DNA of 64,000 bases from NCBI GenBank assembly GCA_000165425.1, contig CT867985.1, positions 868,001 through 932,000 on the forward strand, written 5' to 3'. Both the position numbers and the translations under genes were made by a program. Of this stretch, positions 53,061 to 64,000 are shown one piece after another. How positions within the stretch are numbered: position 1 is the stretch's first letter; each line of letters starts with the position of its first letter. The notes beneath the pieces were generated by a model. It saw nothing but the letters and a program-made list of their open reading frames with translations, did no database searches and was not told where the DNA came from. Source of the stretch: Paramecium tetraurelia. Lineage: Eukaryota.

Positions 53061-54180
53061 ATGAAATTCACAATTTGCTTCTTATTGGGATTAGTAACAC
53101 TCAATGCAGTCTTCGTTAAAAAGCCATCTGATCCAAATGCAGGAGTCTTCGCTGAATTGGAAGAGGTATATCCTTTAATTAAGGTTAATAGATTGAAGAA
53201 CACGCATTGGGAAGAAAATTGCTCGACACAATTGCTCTTTAAATGAAAAACCAAGCCCCATTGGCTGATATTGCTAGAATGCTTTAAGAATTGAGAGAAA
53301 ACTTATTATTACAATAATAATAGGCTGACTTGAAACATGCCGCTGATGAAGCCGATTGTGCTGCTGAAATCGCTGGATACAACAGAAGAATTGATTATGC
53401 TTCCAATGAAATCAGTGAATCAACAACTGAAATCACTGCTTTGACTGCCTAAGTCTAATAATTGGAAAGCGAAATCGAAAACATCCAAGTCCAATTGGGA
53501 ATTCTTAATGATTAAGAAGAAACCTTGAGAACTCAAAGAGCCAAGGATGCTGAAGCCTTCGCTTAAAGAATCAAGTCCACAGCTGATGTCGTTGAAGCCT
53601 TGAATGTCGTTGCTGCCAAATTGTCTGCTATTCAACCAGAATAAGATCCAAAGGCCGTCTTCTTAGAATTACACAACATGGGTAAGAGTAACCCAATTGC
53701 TGCTTTGGTTTCTATTGCCTCAGCCTTCTCCAAGGAAAGATTGTAATAAACATAAGACAAGATCGCTGAACTCAGACAATCAATTGAATAATCCGCTGTT
53801 GATGACTAAGAAGCTGAAGTCTAAGCTTAAATTGATTACCAAAACTTGTTGGCCTAATTCGCCGATCAAAGAAAGAACTTGTAAGTGTATTTGCTTATAA
53901 TTTTAGCCAAAATGCTTTGAAAGACAACGAAGCCAAATTGACCTAAACTCAAAATGCTTTGGGAGCATAAAAGAAGAGAAAGGAAGATGCCGGTAGAGAA
54001 TTAGCCACCGCCACTGCAGGAAAGACCTAAAAGGAGAACGATTGTGAGGCCCTCAGAACCTAATATGCCAGAGACAGTGAATAAAGAACCAAGGAAGTTG
54101 GAATCATCAGACAAGTCGAGGAAATTTTGGCTACTAAATTGGAAGGTGCTTCAGGATACTTAAAGAACAGAATCAATTGA
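53061..54180 (+). CDS. Trichocyst matrix protein / granule lattice (Grl-like) precursor, different subfamily from T2
   Basis: Signal peptide; IEEHALGRKLLDTIALQ pro-region motif; two acidic coiled-coil units each with a conserved Cys (EADC, ENDC); strong codon bias; two introns. Confidence 0.88.
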
Positions 54181-54425
54181 TTTGTTTTTATTCAAATATT
54201 CTAAAAATTCAACAGTTCATATATGGTATACGATGGGGGACAGCAATTCTCGGAGAAGGATTATTAATTCCTATTCTTATAAATATTATAAATGTAAATT
54301 AAATATTTACATATATATAATGTAATTGAGTTAATTTATATTTCTTATCACAATTATTATGAACTATAAACATTAATTATAATACACCTTAAATAGTAAA
54401 TCTATTATTTAATTTTTATTACAAA

Positions 54426-56363
54426 ATGTCAGAAACACAAAATCAAGAGGAGAATAAACCAGGAGAGCAAAAGTAAGAAAACCCATAACAAAATTAAAAT
54501 GGGGAATAAGGTCAATAAAATCAACAAAGTTAAGAGAAAGAAAATGAAAAAAAAGAGGAATAAAAGGAATAATAGCCAGTAGAGCAACCATAATAAAATG
54601 AATCAGGGATGGCAGAGCAGAAAAAAGAGAAAGGTTATATTTTTATGTCATTCAATATTAGGTCCTTATGACATCGATGAAGCCGATCTAACCCCAAGAT
54701 TTGTGAGAGCTATGCAAGTGCTCGGGTACACATATTAAGATTTGCAGATTAAACACAGAAAAGATGTCATATAAATCATAAAAACGAAAGGTATGTCTCA
54801 ATTCAAGGTTATTAGATCCTCTGGGAAATAAAATAAATTAGGAATTGATCGATGCCTTATCAAACCACTTGGAACATTCAAGAAAATAAAAAATAAATGA
54901 AATCAGAAAAGAGATCTAATACATTCCAATTCCAGAATAAAAATAATAGTAGTCAGTAGCTGACTAATCTATTATGCAGTCTTCTATAGCAGAGAAGTCC
55001 ATAATATTAGACAGATCGATTGTCTCAATGAGTAAATCAATACTGACCAAGTCATTGTCACCTTTAGAACTGGAATTCAAGTTGTATGACAAAATCAAGA
55101 AGAAGGAGAGAGCAGAACTCCACAAGGCAAAGAAGGAGGAGGATATATTATCAAAATAAATTGAATATCAACACAAACAGCATGAGCTTGAGGAAAGATT
55201 AGAGAAACATAGACAATAAAAGATAAAATAGAAACACATGTAAACAGTGCAACAGCAGGAGATCTAGAAATGGTTACACAATAGATCAGATGCTGAATCC
55301 TCCAATTTCAATTAAGCTAAGTAGATAGTCGAAAATTTGAAGGTCGAATTGAAAGATACTCAACAATAAAGGATGTATTTGAATCCCAGGGAGAAGATAG
55401 AGAAAGTCAAAAGCATGAATGATTTGAGAATCAAAGAATTAGAAGATTTGTAGGCCAAGAGGGAACTGAACATGATGGAGAGACTTGAAAAATTATAAGA
55501 GTTATCTCAAAAAGTAGATAATGAAAAGAACATGAAGACATTTTAAGAATTACAGAGAGAACTCAAAGGATTATTGAAATAAGAGAAAGTCCAGATTAGA
55601 CAAGAGATGTTGGATGAGTATCACAATTATATGAAACAATAAAATTAAACAGAAGATCACAAGAGAATAATATAGGTCATCAAGAACAAAGTAATTATTG
55701 ACATAATTTTTAGACTCGTAAAGAGGTTTAATCAGAAATGTACAAATAATCCTTAGAAATCAAGTCATAATAGTTGGATAAAAAACTGGAAAAATTCAAG
55801 TAATTGCAAACAGAAAGTTTGAAAATCAAATCATCTTCAGCAGTTTCATTTCCTAAACATGTGTCATCCAACAACTTTGGACAAATGAAGGTGGAATATG
55901 AGAGGAGAATAGGATTCCAAGAGGATATGATCAGAGAAATCGAGAGAACTGAGAATATCTAAAAAAGACAACGAAAGGAGGAATAAATGAAATAGGATAT
56001 CAAAATGATGAAGGAGGCTCGAAAGGCTGAAAGCAAAGAGTTAGAAATATCTAAAATATCTACTATCGTCAAAGATATGAAATAATTTGAAAATAACAAC
56101 ATGGCTAGCACCAAAAGATAGTTGGCCCAAATCAAGAATCAGCATAACGAACGTGAATAATGTATGCATTTAATATACAGTTAGAAATTAAAAAGGAGAT
56201 CGAGGAAAGAAAGAAGAAGGAAGAGGAGGAGAGGCAGAAGCAGGAAAAATTAGACTTTGAGAAAAAGAAGGAGAGACTAAGGAAGAACATTGATCAATAC
56301 AAGGAGCAAATCTAAAGTGAAGAAAAGAAGAAATAGTAAGAATAATAATAGGAATCATCATGA
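54426..56363 (+). CDS. Large K/E/Q-rich coiled-coil protein
   Basis: Acidic/Q-rich N-terminus, TPRFVRAMQVLGY motif, long heptad region, several introns; TGA at 56361-56363. Confidence 0.75.
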
Positions 56364-56557
56364 AATGTTATAATTATAGAGAATTTAAATAAGTAAAGCA
56401 CTAATTTCACTATTGTCATCATTGTTATAATATAAATTCTCCATTTTTGATCTAATCATATTGTTCAGCAATATATGTCGATCGGCATCATAGTTTTAAT
56501 CTATTAGAAGATTATATTGTTGGTCTCAAGAACAAATGATTATTTAATTTTAATTAA

Positions 56558-57193
56558 ATGAAAGATTGTAACATTAGCTTCTAAAATAAACCAGCCTTAG
56601 TTATTTCTAGAATTTACAAATCAAACAATAGATTTCACTTACCAAAAATAAATTAATTTCAATCATAATCTCCAAACAATATTTATTACAATGAATATTT
56701 TACTGAAGTAAGAGGAATTAAAGCTTTGCCAGATAAGCAAAAATAAAATTCAGAAAGAATATTGAAATGCCGACAAAAAGAAATGGAAATGCAAAACAAA
56801 CAGCAAAAGTCTCTTTCAGCTAAGCATCTATATAATGAACAAATTGAGAAGAAGGAAATCAATAATTTATTACTAGAACCATATTTTGTATAAAACAACT
56901 TGAAAGCAAAAAAATATATAATGGGAGCATTTTAGCATGAAATATATAAACAACCATTTGTATTATCTCCGAATTCAAAAACAAATCAAAAATAAGAGAA
57001 AGAAACTAGAAAGCCAAGGTTTTTTTTTTAAGAAACTCATTCTGAAAAAGTAAAATAATCTAAATTAACTCAATCCGAAACTGAAAACGATCATTCCATC
57101 ATTGATTAGGAATATAATTTTTGGAAAAATGATGATCTAGAGTAAAGAGAAGATGAAGATTTAATTAATAACTATGTAAATGGATTACTTTGA
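56558..57193 (+). CDS. Hypothetical protein (211 aa, intronless)
   Basis: MKDCNISFQNKP...EDLINNYVNGLL*; start and stop in the same frame. Confidence 0.65.
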
Positions 57194-57337
57194 TTAATAA
57201 CTGTGTTAACTACATCAATTTTGATCATTATTAATTTTCATTCTCTCTCCTCAAATTGTTTCTCTATTTTGATTGATCAAGTTATATCTCATAAAACCCT
57301 TTGAATTTATATATAAATTTTAAATTACATACTAATT

Positions 57338-59382
<2,045 letters not shown>

Positions 59383-59414
59383 TTAAAAATATTTGTTTTA
59401 TTGAAATTAATAAT

Positions 59415-60330
59415 ATGTCTGGAGAACAGCCTATACTTAAAGCATCTAATGTTAAATTAGACACCATTGTAATTCTTACAATCCATTCTAGGCTGCCATG
59501 AAAATTATCAAACAAGCGAATGATAATCCAACTGTCAATTAGTATGGCTATCTATTAGGAATTATCGAAGGTGAAACTATTGAAGTCACTAATTGCTTCC
59601 CCACAATTGATATTGAAGAAGAATAGGATCAACAATATGAATATTTGGATTATGCAAAGAAACATCATTTGGATTTCCATAAGCTTGGCCTATATGTCAT
59701 TACTGATCAAAATAGACATTTTACTTTAGATTAATTCGAAGACATCAATAGACTTCAATTCTATGTTAAATACGCCTTCGTCTTAGTATACTCCTTGTAA
59801 TTGGCTAAATCTGGTCACTCTCAACCATTCTAAGCATTCGTGGTATTATCTTTAAATTGATAATAGATCAATGAGAAATATGCCGAGATCTATTCTAAGG
59901 ATGAGATCCCAGTCTTGAATATTAAGAATGACAAGATCTACAGACAACTTCCATTGGAATTGCTAAAAACTCCATTGACATAAGTATGTTTAGCTTCTAA
60001 TTAGGCCTTTTTGTATCAATACAGAGCCTCCATTGAAGAGAAATTTAAGAATGAGGAAACTAAATTCACATCCAACATCCAAAATTATGGTCGACAATTA
60101 ATCGAAACCATTGAAGAATAAGTGACCTTATCTGATAAAATTAATTCTAATACTGCCAATAAGAAAGAAGGCGATAAAGTAATTAATTACTTCTAATCAA
60201 ATAGCAACCTGAATTATTAGAATATTTAATATCCATGAATAAACTCTATTATTTGGCTGAAGCAATTAAGAGAGAAACCTAATACACATTAGAGACAGAG
60301 TAAGTGTTGACAAATATATTAAAATAATGA
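59415..60330 (+). CDS. EIF3H: Translation initiation factor eIF3 subunit h (MPN domain)
   Basis: VKLD..AAMKIIK...GYLLGI.EG.TIEVTNCFP after removal of a 23-nt intron. Confidence 0.75.
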
Positions 60331-60586
60331 TTGATAGTATATTAGTAAATTCATGTAACAAGAACATTTTAAATATCATAATATAATTGGAAATATGTAT
60401 TAATTTATATAAGATTTCCCTTAATATTTCTGATAATTTAAAATATATTTATTAGTGGATTGGAGACTGTACGAAAATGGATTGGAATAGATGGACTTAT
60501 TTATTCTCGAATTTACATTTGCAATATTATATGTTCGACTCATTTTAATATTAATATTGTTTTGTGTTACTTCAATATATTATTTA

Positions 60587-60799
60587 TCAAATTTCCTAGG
60601 GAGGACCGTATCTATCCTTTGATGGCTGATTGTTGAAGAATCTAAGAAACTCTTAGCCGACAACCTTATAAGCATTAGCATAATTTTATTGACATTGTTT
60701 GAATAAAGCTTCTTGATCTCCTGTTGGTTAAGCATCCTAAACAGCTTTCGCACATAATTGGAAACCTTGCGTGGCAAATAAATCCTTAAAAATATCCAT
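60587..60799 (-). CDS. 70-aa small protein, possible divergent small-Tim family member
   Basis: Intronless MDIFKDLFATQGFQLCAKAVQDAQPTGDQEALFKQCQQNYANAYKVVGQEFLRFF...*; GC content above the flanks. Confidence 0.65.
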
Positions 60800-60925
60800 T
60801 TTTAAAATAAATATTAATTATTTATTTTTGAAATCAATATTATTTATTATAATTATCTCCATCTGGGTAAAGTGATGTTTCACATTTATTTCTTTTTATG
60901 AATAATATAAAAAATTATTTTATAA

Positions 60926-63057
<2,132 letters not shown>

Positions 63058-63089
63058 TGAATGTAATTTTTAACTATCAAATTATTAAA

Positions 63090-64000
63090 TCAAATAAAAA
63101 TTAATAAATCATCTCCTTCATAATCTCTTAATGCTTTATTTTTCAAATAATCAATTACCCCTTTCCCATCCAACTTCAAATGCTCCTTTAAAGACTTGAA
63201 TCTAAATATAGAATCTGACTAATATTTACGCTTTTTAATTGGCCTCCTAAATGGTCAAAAATGCATCAGCCTTGGCCTTCCCATTTGAAAGAGTAGAATT
63301 GGCCTCACCATAAGCCTAATTCAACACAACCTCTCTGTTGTATAAGGCAGTCATCTTGTTAGTCTCCAGTTCCACTTCAGTTTTGTTCTTTTGAGCTTAG
63401 GCTTTAACAATCTCTTGCTTCTTCACTTCCGAACTCCAAATGGCATTTTCAAAGTCGTTCGGTAAATCCACAGAACGAAGTTGAAAAAACTCACAATTGG
63501 AATACAATTCCTTCTCAAATAATTCGTCTAAGGCTGCCTACATTGCAATTCCTATATTTTATCTGTCCATAAAAAAGTCGTAGGCTGAGTATTGAGTGGC
63601 AACAAAAGAAAGAATGTCAATAGACTGTCTAATGAGGATGGGTTTGTGCTTAGTTTAATATGTTGCAAACAAAGAGTAGAGTTAAGTTAAATTGTAACTA
63701 GTATTAATTTAAATAAGTTACGTATATTAAAATGAGATTTCTAACACCACTTCTAAACCATCACTAGTTCTTGAATGTATCATTTTTCTGTCAGCAGTCT
63801 TATCATCAGAAAACTCAACAGTCTAAACTGTCTTAGGGAAAGTGATGAACTCGTGTCCAATGCCTAGGAAATGGATTCCTGCCTAATAGATTTTAGGAGA
63901 TATTGTTTTAGTAATTGAACTATAATCTAAACCAACCTCATTATAATCTAATGAACTAAACGATAATATGATCATTAAAAATAGAATGAAACTGCTGATT
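63090..64000 (-). CDS. SPFH/Band-7 domain membrane protein (5' partial)
   Basis: N-terminal TM, EVGLDY, GIHFLGIGHEFITFP, SRTSDGLEV.LEISFQY, FQLRSVDLP, coiled-coil tail; TGA at 63090-63092; start lies beyond the window. Confidence 0.85.

Overview
Very AT-rich, gene-dense eukaryotic DNA with the hallmarks of a Paramecium (probably P. tetraurelia/aurelia group) macronuclear chromosome. Genes read open only under the ciliate nuclear code (TAA/TAG=Gln, TGA=stop), contain tiny 20-34 nt GT..AG introns, and are separated by spacers as short as 9-50 bp. The supplied standard-code ORF track is therefore mostly gene fragments or antisense shadows. Manual translation gives about 45 genes. Recognisable ones: mL43, Ariadne-type RBR ligase, archaemetzincin, Rpp30, CAMKK-like kinase, cytochrome P450 reductase-like flavoprotein, Sen1-like helicase, SCP/CTD phosphatase, two trichocyst matrix proteins, exportin-7-like protein, cyclin, LRR protein, importin alpha, OSCA/TMEM63, AMPK-gamma-like CBS protein, ZZ-finger protein, rhomboid-like protein, RPL18A, CCR4/Angel-like nuclease, Pcc1-like protein, NVL/Rix7, eIF3h, ERK7/MAPK15 and a partial SPFH protein. 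I found no mobile element, CRISPR array, tRNA or rRNA, and no convincing new multi-gene system. The best leads are single divergent proteins: an acylation-anchored CPR, a rhomboid pseudoprotease, a two-Cys small-Tim-like protein and a PNRC/Edc1-motif microprotein. Coordinates are gene spans including introns, derived by hand; family calls are from motif recognition, not database searches.
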